Below, piece by piece: positions 1 through 10,783 of a stretch of DNA of 64,000 bases; position 1 is the stretch's first letter, and each line of letters opens with the position of its first letter. The stretch covers positions 11,964 to 75,963 of the forward strand of contig JAKBMM010000008.1 of NCBI GenBank assembly GCA_021831565.1, given 5' to 3'. Below the pieces are notes generated by a model. That model did no database searches, was not told where the DNA came from, and saw nothing but the letters and a program-made list of their open reading frames with translations. The position numbers and the translations under genes were made by a program. This stretch comes from Planctomycetota bacterium. Its GTDB lineage: Bacteria > Planctomycetota > Phycisphaerae > WQYP01.

Positions 1-168
1 TATGTGCATTTGCATTACTCCCGCAATCGTAATTTTTCCGGACACGTCGAGCCTTCCATGGCCGCGATTGCGCTGTGCATTTCCGTCGGCGTCGGACTGT
101 TCTTCGGTTACTATCCCGCCCGCCGGGCCGCTGGCCTGAATCCGATTGAGGCCCTGCGCTATGAATGA
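1..168 (+). CDS. ABC transporter permease, MacB/FtsX family, C-terminal fragment (runs off window start)
   Basis: Frame 1 reads ...[35 protein letters not shown] (TGA 166-168), the typical MacB-family C-terminus; overlaps the TolC start. Confidence 0.9.
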   Translation, partial: YVHLHYSRNRNFSGHVEPSMAAIALCISVGVGLFFGYYPARRAAGLNPIEALRYE

Positions 169-1867
169 TGGGAGGTTATCCGCCGCGTTTGCCACACGGC
201 GGCGCAGTCCAGGCGGACATCGGCAATGGGGACGAATCGGCGCGGCGATCGGCCTGGCCGCCTTATCGTCCTGCACGTCGATTCACAACGGCGGCTACCA
301 GCACTACATGAAGGCCGCCATCGAGCACCAGATTACCGTGGATGCCGGCGCGCCGTCGTTCGCGTCCGCCACCCGCCCCGCCGGCCGGCCCGCCGCTACA
401 TCCCCGTCCGCCTCCCAAACGCTCAATCTGCCGTTGGAAAAAGCGATCCTCATGGGGTTGGCCAATAACCCTTCCCTCATTGTCCAGCGCTATGCCCCCG
501 CCATCGCCCAGATGAAGGTCGAAGCGCAACGCGGCGTGTTCGATCCCCTATTAACCGCCCAAACCACCGCCGGAAAAAATAGTGAGCCGGGGTCCGGCGG
601 TTATACCAGCATGGGTAGCCAAACCGGCCAGGTGGGATTATCGGAATTGCTGCCGACCGGTACGAGCGTACAGGCCGCCGCCAACACCACCATTAACAAC
701 GTGGAAGGGTCAGGTGGGGGGCAAAGTACCGGTACCGGCGGATCGATCACAGTGACACAGGCGTTGCTGCAAGGCGCCAGTCTGCGGGTCAACCTGGCCG
801 CCATCCGCGAGGCTCAGATCGGTCGGCGCATCTCGGATTACCAGTTGCGCGGCGTGGCGCAATCCATTGCCGCACAGATCATCCAGGATTACTGGGCGTA
901 CGCGCTGGCCCGTGAGAACGCCCGCATCCTGCGGCACGCGGTGGCCCTGGCGCAACAGCAAGAGCATCAAGCGCGGGAATTGATTCGTGTGGGGCGCATC
1001 GCCCCTTCCCAATTTCCCGCGGCGCAAGCCGAGGTCGCCACGGTACGCGAGCAACTCATCTCCGCCGAAGGAAATCTCCGTATCGCCCGGCTGAATCTTC
1101 TGAGCCTGATTGTGGCGAATAAGCGGAACTTCTGGCGACGGCCGTTGCGGCTGCTCAATCATCCTTATGTACCCCGCCACGCGCTTTCGCCACTGGCTCT
1201 GCATACCGAACTGGCGTTGCGCATGAGCCCGCTGATCAATGAAGCCCGCTTGCAGATACAGCAAGGCAACCTGGTGGTTGTTCAGACACGCGACGGCCTG
1301 CTGCCGAAACTCGATCTATTCATTACGCTGGGCAAGACGGGCTACGCCGACGCCTTCGGTGGTTCGGTTGATCGACTCAACGGGCCGGATTACCAGCTTC
1401 TCGGCGGTTTGCAGTACAGTCAGCCTGTTTTTAACCGTTCCGCCCGCGCCAACTATCAAAGCGCTCTGCTCTCCCGCGACCAGGACCAGGCCGCGCTGGC
1501 CAACCTGGTGCGAAGCGTCGAATTAAGCGTGCGCACCGCATACATTCAGGCGCAGACCGCCCGTCAGCAGATCACCGCAACCGCCGCCACCCGCCGCGCG
1601 CAGGCCGAGTCTCTCCGCGCCACCATCGGGGAATTCCGTGTCGGTGAGAGCACTTCGCTTCTGGTGGCCCAGGCTCAGAACAACCTGTTTTCCGCCCAAC
1701 TTGGCGAAGTGCAGGCCGTGGTCAATTATCTTGACGCCTTGACACAGTTGTACCTGCAGGAAGGTTCCATCCTGGAACGTCTGAGTGTCGCAGCACCCGG
1801 CGCGGTTCCGGTCCGCCCCATCGGGCCGAGCTGGTTGCGCCGTTGGCCGGATGGATATTTTCATTAA
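161..1867 (+). CDS. TolC family outer membrane efflux protein, probable lipoprotein
   Basis: ATG 161; signal peptide ending ALSSC; two OEP repeats ([39 protein letters not shown]); follows a MacB-type permease. Confidence 0.88.
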   Translation: MNDGRLSAAFATRRRSPGGHRQWGRIGAAIGLAALSSCTSIHNGGYQHYMKAAIEHQITVDAGAPSFASATRPAGRPAATSPSASQTLNLPLEKAILMGLANNPSLIVQRYAPAIAQMKVEAQRGVFDPLLTAQTTAGKNSEPGSGGYTSMGSQTGQVGLSELLPTGTSVQAAANTTINNVEGSGGGQSTGTGGSITVTQALLQGASLRVNLAAIREAQIGRRISDYQLRGVAQSIAAQIIQDYWAYALARENARILRHAVALAQQQEHQARELIRVGRIAPSQFPAAQAEVATVREQLISAEGNLRIARLNLLSLIVANKRNFWRRPLRLLNHPYVPRHALSPLALHTELALRMSPLINEARLQIQQGNLVVVQTRDGLLPKLDLFITLGKTGYADAFGGSVDRLNGPDYQLLGGLQYSQPVFNRSARANYQSALLSRDQDQAALANLVRSVELSVRTAYIQAQTARQQITATAATRRAQAESLRATIGEFRVGESTSLLVAQAQNNLFSAQLGEVQAVVNYLDALTQLYLQEGSILERLSVAAPGAVPVRPIGPSWLRRWPDGYFH

Positions 1868-1910
1868 CGCCGCCTTCCGCGCCCATCCACAATTGAAAAA
1901 ACAACCGCCG

Positions 1911-4900
1911 TCAATCCAGCTCAATCAGCAGATCGCCGCTGGAAACGGTCATTCCCGGATGCACGTACATGGTGGCTATCTTGCCGTCGCGCGGACTATA
2001 CACCGCGGTTTCCATTTTCATCGCCTCGATCGACAGCAGTTTGTCGCCGCGGGAAACCGCCTGACCCAGGCTGACCGAAAGTGCGGATATTTTGCCCGGC
2101 ATTGGCGCGCCAACGTGGTTCGGATTTTCCTTCTCCGCATGGGGCAATGCCGGCCGAACCTTGCCCGCCAGCGATTGATCCGCCACTTTCACTTCACGCG
2201 GCTGGCCGTTAAGCTCGAAAAAAACCGTCCGATTTCCATCGGAATCCGGATCGCCGAGAGTTAAATATTTTACCAGCATGGTTTTGCCGGGTTCGATCTG
2301 GATCGGTACTTCAACATAAGGCTCCATGGGATAGAAAAATGCGGGGGTGGGAATTACTTCCACGTCGTCGTACTGGCGGCGGAAGCGGTCGAAATTAACA
2401 AACACGTCCGGATACATGAGATAACTGGCCAGATCGGTATCGGCGACGTTGCCGTGGATTTTGGCCGCAAGCTCCCGGCGCGTCGCCTCGATATCAACCG
2501 GCTTGAGCTGGGCGCCCGGTCGGTCGGAAAGCGGTTTTTGATTCTTGAGGACGATTTTCAGGAGTTTCTTCGGCCAACCGCCGGGTGGTTGGCCGATGTC
2601 GCCGTGGAACATTTCCACCACGCTGCGCGGAAAATCAAGGTGGCGGGATTCATCAAGAATATCCTGCGGTTTGAGGTTGTTGGTGACCATAAACAAAGCC
2701 ATGTCGCCGACGACCTTGCTCGAGGGTGTAACTTTGACGATGTCGCCGAAAAGTTCATTTACCTTCGCGTACATGACGGCGATTTCATTCCACCGGTCCG
2801 CCAGACCAAGACTACGGGCCTGCACGCGCAGATTGGTATACTGACCGCCGGGCATTTCGTGTTCATACACCGAGGCGGTGCCGGCCAACATACCCTCTTC
2901 AAACGGCTGGTAAAAACGCCGCACGGCCTCCCAGTAGTCGGCCAGGCGGGCCAGGGCGTTTTGATCCAGTCCACTGTCGCGCGGCGTGTGGGCCAGAGCG
3001 GCCACAAGCGAGTTGAGATTCGGCTGGCTGGTCATGCCGCTCATGGAACTGATGGCGGCATCGACAATATTTACGCCCGCCTGGGAAGCCAGCAGAACGC
3101 TAGCCGCCTGCACGCCCGTGGTATCGTGGGTGTGAAAGTGAATCGGCAGACCGATTTGCTCGCGCAGCGCCTTAACGAGCTTCTGGGTCGCGAAGGGCTT
3201 GCACAGGCCGGCCATGTCCTTGATGGCCAGAATGTGCGCGCCCATCTTTTCCAGTTCCCGGGCCATTTTCACGTAATAGTTCAGCGAATACTTCGCGCGG
3301 CGCGAATCCAGAATATCGCCGGTATAACAGATGGCCGCCTCCAGAACGGCGCCGCTTTCCAGCACGGCATCCATGGCCACCCGCATGTTGCCGGTCCAGT
3401 TGAGTGAATCGAATACGCGAAAAACGTCAATCCCCTCCCGGGCGGCGGTTTTGACGAAAAATTTCACCACGTTGTCCGGATAATTGGTGTAACCGACCGC
3501 ATTGCTGGCGCGCAGCAACATCTGGAAGAGAATATTGGGAATTTTTTCCCGCAGTTGGGCCAGGCGGCGCCAGGGATCCTCATGCAGGAAACGCATGGCG
3601 GAATCAAACGTGGCGCCGCCCCACATTTCCAGACTGAACAAATTCGGCGTCAAATGGGCGATCGCCGCGGCGGCGCCGAGCATATCGATGGTTCGCATGC
3701 GCGTGGCCAGCAACGACTGGTGGGCGTCGCGCATGGTCGTATCAGTGAAAAGCAGCGGCTTGTACTCCCGCAGCCACCGGGTGAACTTTTCAGCGCCGAG
3801 GTCCCGCAGGCGATCGCGCATACCCGGCGGCGGCGAAGCGGCGGGGGGATACGGTACGGCCGGCGGTGGCTTGAGAACGGTTAGATCGGGAGCCTTTTTC
3901 ACGTCCGGCGAGGAGTTGACGATAATATTGCCCAGAAAACTCAACAATTTGGTGGCCCGGTCGCGCCGGGCGGCGAAACGGAACAGCGCGGGGGTCGAAT
4001 CCACAAATGCGGTGGTGGCCTGACCCGAGAGAAAAGCGGGATGCCGGACCAGGTTTTCCAGGAAGGGAATGTTGGTTTTCACGCCGCGCACGCGGAACTC
4101 ACTAAGCGCCCGCATGGCGCGCGCGGCGGTTTCCTCCAGGGTGGGTGAAAAACAGGTGAGCTTGACCAGCAGCGAATCAAAATAGGGCGTGATCATCGCG
4201 CCGGTGTAGGCGGTTCCGCCATCCAGACGCACGCCGAATCCAGCCGGGGAACGGTAATTCGTGATCCGCCCATAATCGGGAATAAAATGATTGGCCGGAT
4301 CTTCCGTGGTGATGCGGCACTGGAGCGCCACGCCGCGGCACGCAATATGCTCCTGCGGCGGAATGTTGATCGGCGCGGCGTGCAGAGCATGCCCCTGGGC
4401 GATCAGTATCTGCGCTTTAACCAGATCGATGCCGGTGACAATCTCCGTAACCGTGTGCTCCACCTGAATGCGGGGATTGACTTCAATGAAAAAGAATTCG
4501 CCGGTATCGACGTCCAGAAGGAATTCCACCGTGCCGGCGTTCTGATAGCGAACCTGCCGGCCGATTTCCAGCGCGGCCCGGCATATCTCATTACGCTCAA
4601 CCGGATCAAGCCCCGCCGCCGGCGCCAGTTCCACCACTTTCTGGTGCCGCCGCTGCACGGAACAATCGCGCTCGAATAAGTGCACGATTTCTCCGTGTTG
4701 GTCCCCCAGAATCTGCACTTCAATGTGCCGGGCGCGGGTAATGTAGCGCTCGAGAAATACTTGCGACTTGCCAAAAGCGCCGCCGGCCTCGCGCTGGGCT
4801 TCTTCCAGGCGATCCATTAGTTCCGCAGGGCTTTTGACCACGCGCATGCCGCGCCCGCCGCCGCCGAAACTGGCCTTGATAATCAACGGAAAACCGATCT

Positions 4901-5348
4901 CTTTGGCGTGCTTTCTTATTTTCGCCGGATCGGTCTGGCCATGTTCGGTGCCGGGCAGAATCGGTACGCCGGCGCGCTGCGCAATCTGCCGGGCGGCGGT
5001 CTTGTCGCCGAACGCTCTAAGCATCTCCGGCGTCGGGCCGATGAAGATGATGCCGGCCTTGCCGCAAGCCTCCGCGAAATCGACGTTCTCGGAAAGAAAG
5101 CCGTAACCGGGGTGGATCGCGTCAACGTGGTGCCTCTGCGCCAATTCGATGATGGCGGGAATGTTCAGGTAATTCTTGACCGGAGCGTCGGGACCACCCA
5201 CCTGGTAGGACTCGTCGGCCTTGAAACGGTGCAGCGAATAGCGATCCTCGTAACTGTAAATCGCCACCGTGGCCAGATCGAGTTCCGTGGCGGCGCGGAA
5301 TACGCGTATGGCTATTTCGCTGCGGTTGGCGACAAGCAGTTTCTTCAT
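1911..5348 (-). CDS. pyc: pyruvate carboxylase
   Basis: Biotin carboxylase N-terminus KKLLVANRSEIAIR, carboxyltransferase motifs RDAHQSLLATR and HFHTH, C-terminal biotin site EAMKME. Confidence 0.97.
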   Translation of the reverse strand: MKKLLVANRSEIAIRVFRAATELDLATVAIYSYEDRYSLHRFKADESYQVGGPDAPVKNYLNIPAIIELAQRHHVDAIHPGYGFLSENVDFAEACGKAGIIFIGPTPEMLRAFGDKTAARQIAQRAGVPILPGTEHGQTDPAKIRKHAKEIGFPLIIKASFGGGGRGMRVVKSPAELMDRLEEAQREAGGAFGKSQVFLERYITRARHIEVQILGDQHGEIVHLFERDCSVQRRHQKVVELAPAAGLDPVERNEICRAALEIGRQVRYQNAGTVEFLLDVDTGEFFFIEVNPRIQVEHTVTEIVTGIDLVKAQILIAQGHALHAAPINIPPQEHIACRGVALQCRITTEDPANHFIPDYGRITNYRSPAGFGVRLDGGTAYTGAMITPYFDSLLVKLTCFSPTLEETAARAMRALSEFRVRGVKTNIPFLENLVRHPAFLSGQATTAFVDSTPALFRFAARRDRATKLLSFLGNIIVNSSPDVKKAPDLTVLKPPPAVPYPPAASPPPGMRDRLRDLGAEKFTRWLREYKPLLFTDTTMRDAHQSLLATRMRTIDMLGAAAAIAHLTPNLFSLEMWGGATFDSAMRFLHEDPWRRLAQLREKIPNILFQMLLRASNAVGYTNYPDNVVKFFVKTAAREGIDVFRVFDSLNWTGNMRVAMDAVLESGAVLEAAICYTGDILDSRRAKYSLNYYVKMARELEKMGAHILAIKDMAGLCKPFATQKLVKALREQIGLPIHFHTHDTTGVQAASVLLASQAGVNIVDAAISSMSGMTSQPNLNSLVAALAHTPRDSGLDQNALARLADYWEAVRRFYQPFEEGMLAGTASVYEHEMPGGQYTNLRVQARSLGLADRWNEIAVMYAKVNELFGDIVKVTPSSKVVGDMALFMVTNNLKPQDILDESRHLDFPRSVVEMFHGDIGQPPGGWPKKLLKIVLKNQKPLSDRPGAQLKPVDIEATRRELAAKIHGNVADTDLASYLMYPDVFVNFDRFRRQYDDVEVIPTPAFFYPMEPYVEVPIQIEPGKTMLVKYLTLGDPDSDGNRTVFFELNGQPREVKVADQSLAGKVRPALPHAEKENPNHVGAPMPGKISALSVSLGQAVSRGDKLLSIEAMKMETAVYSPRDGKIATMYVHPGMTVSSGDLLIELD

Positions 5349-5557
5349 CAAATGTATCCCTTATTTCCAGCGCAAGCGGTAACAGGATATTCGATTCGGT
5401 TTGATTCGTTAAGCGCCACATGGCGACATGGCGGAAAAATGGCGGACAAACGATTTTCGGGTGGATGAAATACAACCCGGCGCGTATAGTTAAATCGTTC
5501 CGCCGGCACGCGGGCCATGGCCGGCAAGATGTTTAAACCGTTGAAAGGAGTATGACC

Positions 5558-6061
5558 ATGGCGACAATTACATTCAAAGGTGCCCCGATACATACGACAG
5601 GCCATCCGCCCGCCCCGGGTTCCCCAACACCTTCCTTCACGCTGACCCAGAGCGATCTGGGCGAATTGTATTCCGCCGCTCTGGCCGGTAAGTGGGTGGT
5701 GCTGAACATATTTCCCAGCATTGATACGCCCGTATGCGCCCAATCGGTCCGGCAATTCAACCGGGAGGCGGCCAAGCTGCCGAATACCGCCGTTCTGTGT
5801 GTTTCCGCCGATCTGCCCTTCGCCGCCAATCGTTTCTGCGGGGCGGAGGGAATCAAGAACGTGCAAATGCTCTCCTGCTTTCGGCATCCGGAATTTGGCG
5901 ATATTTTCGGGATCAAAATCGTTGACAGCCCTCTGCTGGGTTTGCTTGCCCGCGCCGTGGTGGTGCTGGGCCCGGATGGCAAGGTACGCCATAGCGAGCT
6001 GGTTCCGGAAATAGCCCGGGAACCGGACTACGCCGCGGCGCTGGCCGCGATCGGCAAATAG
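5558..6061 (+). CDS. tpx: thiol peroxidase (atypical 2-Cys peroxiredoxin)
   Basis: NIFPSIDTPVC peroxidatic motif, SADLPFA and RFCGAEG resolving Cys; SD AAGGAG upstream of ATG 5558. Confidence 0.95.
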   Translation: MATITFKGAPIHTTGHPPAPGSPTPSFTLTQSDLGELYSAALAGKWVVLNIFPSIDTPVCAQSVRQFNREAAKLPNTAVLCVSADLPFAANRFCGAEGIKNVQMLSCFRHPEFGDIFGIKIVDSPLLGLLARAVVVLGPDGKVRHSELVPEIAREPDYAAALAAIGK

Positions 6062-6074
6062 GAGCGGCATATTG

Positions 6075-7091
6075 ATGAGAACGATTCGCGTCGCCATTAT
6101 CGGCGCCAGCGGTTATGCCTCGCTGGAAAGCATCCGCTGGCTGCTGCGCCATCCCGCGGCCCGGATCACCTATTTGGCCAGCCGCAGACAGGAACAGCCG
6201 ATCAGCGAGTTGTTTCCCGAACTGCTCGGCCGGCTGAACCTGCCGGTGGCGCCATTCGACGCCGCCGTCATCGCCGGCCAGGCCGACGCCGCCTTGGTCT
6301 GCCTGCCGCATCTGGCCGCCATGGAGCACGTTCCGGCGCTGCTGCAAGCCGGCCTCCGCGTGATTGATTTATCGGCGGATTACCGGCTCAAGGATCCCGC
6401 AACATACGAAAAATGGTACAAACACGCCCATACGGATACCGGCCATCTCGCCCGCGCCGTTTACGGCCTGCCGGAGTTTTTCGCCGCCGCGATCAAACCG
6501 GCGACGCTGGTGAGCAATCCTGGCTGTTATCCAACGGCGGCGGCGCTGGGCGCGGCTCCCCTGCTGGCGGACGGAGTGGCCGAGGCGGAGGACATCATCA
6601 TCAACGCCGCGTCGGGCATTACCGGCGCCGGTCGAACGCCCGCGCCGCAGCACCATTTTCCGGAACGCAACGAGACCTTTGAGGCGTACGCCATCGGCAC
6701 GCACCGCCACGCGCCGGAAATCGAACAGACGCTCGCGGCCATCGCGGGCCGGCCGGTGCAACTGGTCTTTGTGCCGCACCTGCTGCCGATGGACCGGGGA
6801 ATTTTAGAAACGATCTACCTGCGCCCGCGGGCGGGCATGACGCTGGACGACGCCCTGGGCGCCTTCCAGCGGCACTACGCGGGCAAACCGTTCATCCGGC
6901 TCCGGCGGACGCATCAGCCGAGCACCAAGTACGTGGCGAACACCAATTTCGCCGACATCGCGGCACGGCTGTACAACGGGCGCTTCGTGGTAACTATCGC
7001 CATCGACAATATGGTCAAAGGGGCCAGCGGGCAGGCGATTCAAAATATGAACCTGATGTTCGGTTTGGAGGAAACCAGCGGTTTGCTATAA
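6075..7091 (+). CDS. argC: N-acetyl-gamma-glutamyl-phosphate reductase
   Basis: IIGASGY Rossmann motif, IDLSADYRL, catalytic NPGCYPT, C-terminal DNMVKGASGQAIQNMN. Confidence 0.96.
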   Translation: MRTIRVAIIGASGYASLESIRWLLRHPAARITYLASRRQEQPISELFPELLGRLNLPVAPFDAAVIAGQADAALVCLPHLAAMEHVPALLQAGLRVIDLSADYRLKDPATYEKWYKHAHTDTGHLARAVYGLPEFFAAAIKPATLVSNPGCYPTAAALGAAPLLADGVAEAEDIIINAASGITGAGRTPAPQHHFPERNETFEAYAIGTHRHAPEIEQTLAAIAGRPVQLVFVPHLLPMDRGILETIYLRPRAGMTLDDALGAFQRHYAGKPFIRLRRTHQPSTKYVANTNFADIAARLYNGRFVVTIAIDNMVKGASGQAIQNMNLMFGLEETSGLL

Positions 7092-7170
7092 GATCATCTG
7101 TTCGCCCGCGGCGCCGCCGCCGCCCTACTTTCTACTTTCCACTCTCTTGCGCGGTGCCGCATTAGTCCGA

Positions 7171-7453
7171 ACATTTCACCGCCGAGACGCCGAGATCGCA
7201 GAGGTTGTTGAAATGAAAGCCCTTATAAAGATTTTTTCCACAACACCGCCGATACAGACTCTCTGCTCTCTGCTATCTCATCATTCCTATCCCTTGACTC
7301 CTCCGTGGCCTCGGCGCGCTCTGCGCCGCGGTGCAAACTACGATTCACCGGGCGTCATTTACCGCGGGGGACGCGGAGTCCCGCCGAGGTTTATAGCTTG
7401 TGGACCCTCCGTTTATACCCCCCGCGTTCCTCTGATTCCTCCGCGGTGAAAAT
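7171..7453. repeat. two imperfect inverted-repeat pairs (REP/MITE-like) between convergent argC and accC
   Basis: TTCACCGCCGAGACGCCGAGATCGCAGAG (7175-7203) partly complementary to ~7301-7335; TTTACCGCGGGGGACGCGGAG (7358-7378) partly complementary to ~7420-7452 (...TCCTCCGCGGTGAAA). Confidence 0.6.
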
Positions 7454-7458
7454 CCGTG

Positions 7459-8805
7459 TTAACCCATTTTGCGGGTTCGCTCCAGCCAGCCGGTATCCAC
7501 GCGCGCCTGCTGAAAGTCCTGATCGCTCATGATCTGGCGATGCAGGGGAATGGTGGTTTTGACCGGCCCGGCGCGAAATTCCTCCAGCGCCCGGCGCATG
7601 GTGGCGATGGCCTGCTCCCGCGTGGGCCGATGCACGATAAGTTTCCCGATCATGGAGTCGTAATTCGGACCGATGCGGTAATTTTGGTGGGCGTGGGTAT
7701 CGACCCGGACGCCGGGCCCGCCAGGCACGGCGAATTCCTCCAGCACTCCGGGACAGGGGACAAAGCCGCGCTCGGGGTCTTCGACGTTGATGCGGCACTC
7801 GATGGCGGCGCCGTTGCAGCGGGCGTCTTGCTGGTCGAGATCAAGCTTTTCGCCGGAAGCGATGCGAAGTTGCCACTGAATGATATCCTGGCCGGTGACC
7901 TCTTCGGTGACCGGGTGTTCCACCTGAATGCGCGTGTTGACCTCCAGGAAATAAAACTTTTTCTGCTTGTCCATAATGAATTCCACCGTGGCGGCGGAGT
8001 AGTAGCCGGCGGCGTTGGCCAGACGCACGGCGGACGCGCAAAGCTCTCGGCGGGTTTCGTCATCAATGACCGGACAGGGTGACTCCTCGATGAGTTTCTG
8101 GTGGCGGCGCTGAATGGTGCAGTCGCGCTCGAAAAGGTGAATGACTTTCCCGTACTTGTCGCCGAGAATCTGTACCTCCACGTGCCGCGGCTCCTCGTGG
8201 TATTTTTCGATGAATACGGTGGAATCCTTAAAGGCGGCCTCGGCTTCGGCCTGGGCGGCCTTGAGCGAGCCTTTGAGGCTGATGTCGTTATGGGCGACGC
8301 GCATGCCGCGCCCGCCCCCGCCGCCGGAGGCCTTGATAATGACCGGGTATCCGATTTTTCGGGCTACTTCAACAGCCTCTTTTTCCGATTTCACAGGCCC
8401 GTCGCTGCCGGGAGTCAGAGGAACCTGGCACTGGCGGGCCAGGTTACGGGAGGCCAGCTTGGAGCCGAGCATTTTCATGGACTCCACGGAGGGGCCGATG
8501 AATTCAATCTTGCAGCTTCGGCAGATTTCGGCGAAATGGGTGTTCTCGGCAAGAAAACCGTAACCGGGGTGAATGGCCTGAACATCGGCGACTTCCGCGG
8601 CGGAAATGATGCGGGGAATATTCAGATAGCTTTCACCCGCCGGGGCCGGGCCGATGCAGATGGCTTCATCGGCGAGCTGGAGATAGGCGGCGTCGCGATC
8701 GGCCTCGGAATAGACGGCAACGGATTCGACCCCCAGTTCCCGGCAGGTGCGAATGATGCGCAGGGCGATTTCACCACGATTGGCCACGAGAATTCGAGAG
8801 AACAT
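7459..8805 (-). CDS. accC: acetyl-CoA carboxylase biotin carboxylase subunit
   Basis: [54 protein letters not shown]; 448 aa; downstream of accB. Confidence 0.96.
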   Translation of the reverse strand: MFSRILVANRGEIALRIIRTCRELGVESVAVYSEADRDAAYLQLADEAICIGPAPAGESYLNIPRIISAAEVADVQAIHPGYGFLAENTHFAEICRSCKIEFIGPSVESMKMLGSKLASRNLARQCQVPLTPGSDGPVKSEKEAVEVARKIGYPVIIKASGGGGGRGMRVAHNDISLKGSLKAAQAEAEAAFKDSTVFIEKYHEEPRHVEVQILGDKYGKVIHLFERDCTIQRRHQKLIEESPCPVIDDETRRELCASAVRLANAAGYYSAATVEFIMDKQKKFYFLEVNTRIQVEHPVTEEVTGQDIIQWQLRIASGEKLDLDQQDARCNGAAIECRINVEDPERGFVPCPGVLEEFAVPGGPGVRVDTHAHQNYRIGPNYDSMIGKLIVHRPTREQAIATMRRALEEFRAGPVKTTIPLHRQIMSDQDFQQARVDTGWLERTRKMG

Positions 8806-8853
8806 GTTTTCCTCTGTTTGGCCTCTTTTTCCCCGTGCGCGGATACGCAGGAA

Positions 8854-9312
8854 TTATTCCGGCTTGACGAGGAACAATGGCTGGTTGTACTCGACGGCCT
8901 GGCCGTTCTGCACAAGAATTTTCACGATCGCGCCCGTGGTTTCCGCGCGGATTTCGTTGAACACCTTCATGGCTTCGATAATGCAGACAATGGTGTCTTT
9001 TTCAACCGGGGCGCCGATTTTCACATAAGGATCGGATTCGGGATTGGCCGCGCTGTAGAAAGTGCCGACCATGGGGGATTTGACCGGGACAAGGTTTTCA
9101 TCCTGGGCCGGCGCGGTGGCGGCCGCAGCCGGTCGAATCGCCGATGGTGTGGCGGGGGGGGGGGCGGTCCCGCCGCCATCCGGTGCCAAGTCCCGCTTGA
9201 GACGGATTTTCGCCTTGTCTTCGACGAGTTCAATTTCGGTCAGATCGTTATCGGCCATCAGCCGGATCAGATCTTTCACGCGTTTGTTGTCCGTAAACGT
9301 TTCTTTGGCCAT
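8854..9312 (-). CDS. accB: acetyl-CoA carboxylase biotin carboxyl carrier protein
   Basis: Pro/Ala linker, SPMVGTFY, biotinylation motif EAMKVFNEI. Confidence 0.96.
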   Translation of the reverse strand: MAKETFTDNKRVKDLIRLMADNDLTEIELVEDKAKIRLKRDLAPDGGGTAPPPATPSAIRPAAAATAPAQDENLVPVKSPMVGTFYSAANPESDPYVKIGAPVEKDTIVCIIEAMKVFNEIRAETTGAIVKILVQNGQAVEYNQPLFLVKPE

Positions 9313-9335
9313 TTCTTACTCCAAGCAAGAAACAA

Positions 9336-10451
9336 TCAAATCCGGGCGGAATCCAAATCTTTGGGAAGATGCGAAAGCACGCGGTGGCCGGTCGGCGTCA
9401 CCAACACGTCATCCTCGATCCGTACTCCTCCCAAACCGGGCAGGTAAATGCCCGGTTCCACCGTAAGAACCATTCCGGGTTGAAGGATAACCTTGCTGCG
9501 GGAAGAAAGCGATAGCTGTTCGTGTATATCCCGTCCGATCCCATGGCCCAGGCTGTGCTCAAACGCCTTCGCGTAGCCGGCCTTGGCGATAATGCTACGG
9601 GCTATTTGGTCGATCTGCCGCCCCGTCCGGCCGGGGCGGATGGCGGCAATGGCCGCCATCTGGGCGGCCAGGACGACCTGGTAAATTTCCATGATTTTTC
9701 CCGGCACGCGTCCGATAAAAATCATGCGGGTTAAGTCGCAACGGTACCCTTTGAACTGGGCGCCCCAATCAACAAGCACGGATGCATTATTCTGAAGTTT
9801 AACGGAATCGGGGCGGTAATGGGGAAGGCTGCCGTTGGAACCGGCGGCGACAATGGGATCAAACGCGGCATTGGCGGCGCCGCGGCGGCGCATTTCGTAG
9901 ACCAGCAGGCCGGCCATATCGTTTTCCGTCATACCGACGCGCAGACGGGCCTTGAGGGCTTCAAAAGAGCGCTCGGCAATGGCCAGGGCCTGCTCGATCA
10001 GTCCGATCTCATGTTCATCCTTGATGTTGCGAAATCCGACGATCATGTCCTCCACCGGTCGCAGACGAAGGCGCGGAGCGCGGGTAAGTTTGGCGATCGC
10101 CTGATGCTGGCGAAGTGTGAGACTTTCCGCCTGTACTCCCAACGTGCGTATTCCCGCCCGGCGGGCCAGGCGGATAATTTCTTCGGCCAAACCCTTGCGG
10201 CGAATCACCGTTCGCACCCACGGGCACTCGCGTTCGATCTGCTGCTTGTAGCGGGAATCGCTCACCAGCCATACCCGATCGGGTGTGAGCAATGCCCAGG
10301 AGTCGTCGCCTTCAAAGCCGGTCAGGTAACTCACGTCCGGAAAATAACTCACGAGAAGGCCGGTGATGTTTCGTTCTTTCATGGCGGCGCGAACGGCTTG
10401 CCAGCGGACCTGGATGTACAGGGGCGCCTGGAACATACGCTCGCTCATCAT
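9336..10451 (-). CDS. Xaa-Pro aminopeptidase (M24B family)
   Basis: Creatinase-like N-domain (YLTGF, DSRY) and M24 motifs DWGA/CDLTR/HSLGHGIG/TVEPGIY/GVRIEDD; start 10451 or 10448. Confidence 0.93.
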   Translation of the reverse strand: MMSERMFQAPLYIQVRWQAVRAAMKERNITGLLVSYFPDVSYLTGFEGDDSWALLTPDRVWLVSDSRYKQQIERECPWVRTVIRRKGLAEEIIRLARRAGIRTLGVQAESLTLRQHQAIAKLTRAPRLRLRPVEDMIVGFRNIKDEHEIGLIEQALAIAERSFEALKARLRVGMTENDMAGLLVYEMRRRGAANAAFDPIVAAGSNGSLPHYRPDSVKLQNNASVLVDWGAQFKGYRCDLTRMIFIGRVPGKIMEIYQVVLAAQMAAIAAIRPGRTGRQIDQIARSIIAKAGYAKAFEHSLGHGIGRDIHEQLSLSSRSKVILQPGMVLTVEPGIYLPGLGGVRIEDDVLVTPTGHRVLSHLPKDLDSARI

Positions 10452-10552
10452 CGGAACCTTCCAATAAACTCGATTTTGGCCGATTGGGGGCGATCCGCGG
10501 AACGTTTGCCGCATCAATCAGGGGCCCTCTTCCCGCCATGCGCCTGGCCCGG

Positions 10553-10591
10553 ACATTTCACCGCCAAGACGCACAGATCGCACAGGTTGTT
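10553..10591 (+). repeat. second copy of the 39-bp element at 7171-7209
   Basis: ACATTTCACCGCCAAGACGCACAGATCGCACAGGTTGTT vs ACATTTCACCGCCGAGACGCCGAGATCGCAGAGGTTGTT: 35/39 identical, same orientation. Confidence 0.85.
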
Positions 10592-10783
10592 AATTTAATA
10601 TTGTAACCGGCCGAGACGGCGTGTGCATAAGCCGATTTTTTTTCGCAATGAGTTGCCGTGGCGATGGAAAACCTTTTACCATGGGGAATCAGGGCCGTGA
10701 CCCTTCCCGGCGGCGCGGAAAACGGCCGTTTCCACCCACGGCTGCGGGAGTGGGGTGGCGCGGTAATTGGCGGTCCCGGTAAT

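Noticed and set aside
5417..5446. ATGGCG repeated three times between pyc and tpx
   Set aside because: Short and irregularly spaced; cannot be distinguished from chance
4440..8580. DNA similarity between the pyc 5' part and accC
   Set aside because: Expected paralogy of biotin carboxylase domains, not a mobile repeat
8101..9447. Long antisense ORFs (also 2454-3407, 20393-22186, 26503-27894, 55435-56901 and others)
   Set aside because: Shadow ORFs opposite well-supported genes in GC-rich DNA, with no recognisable motifs
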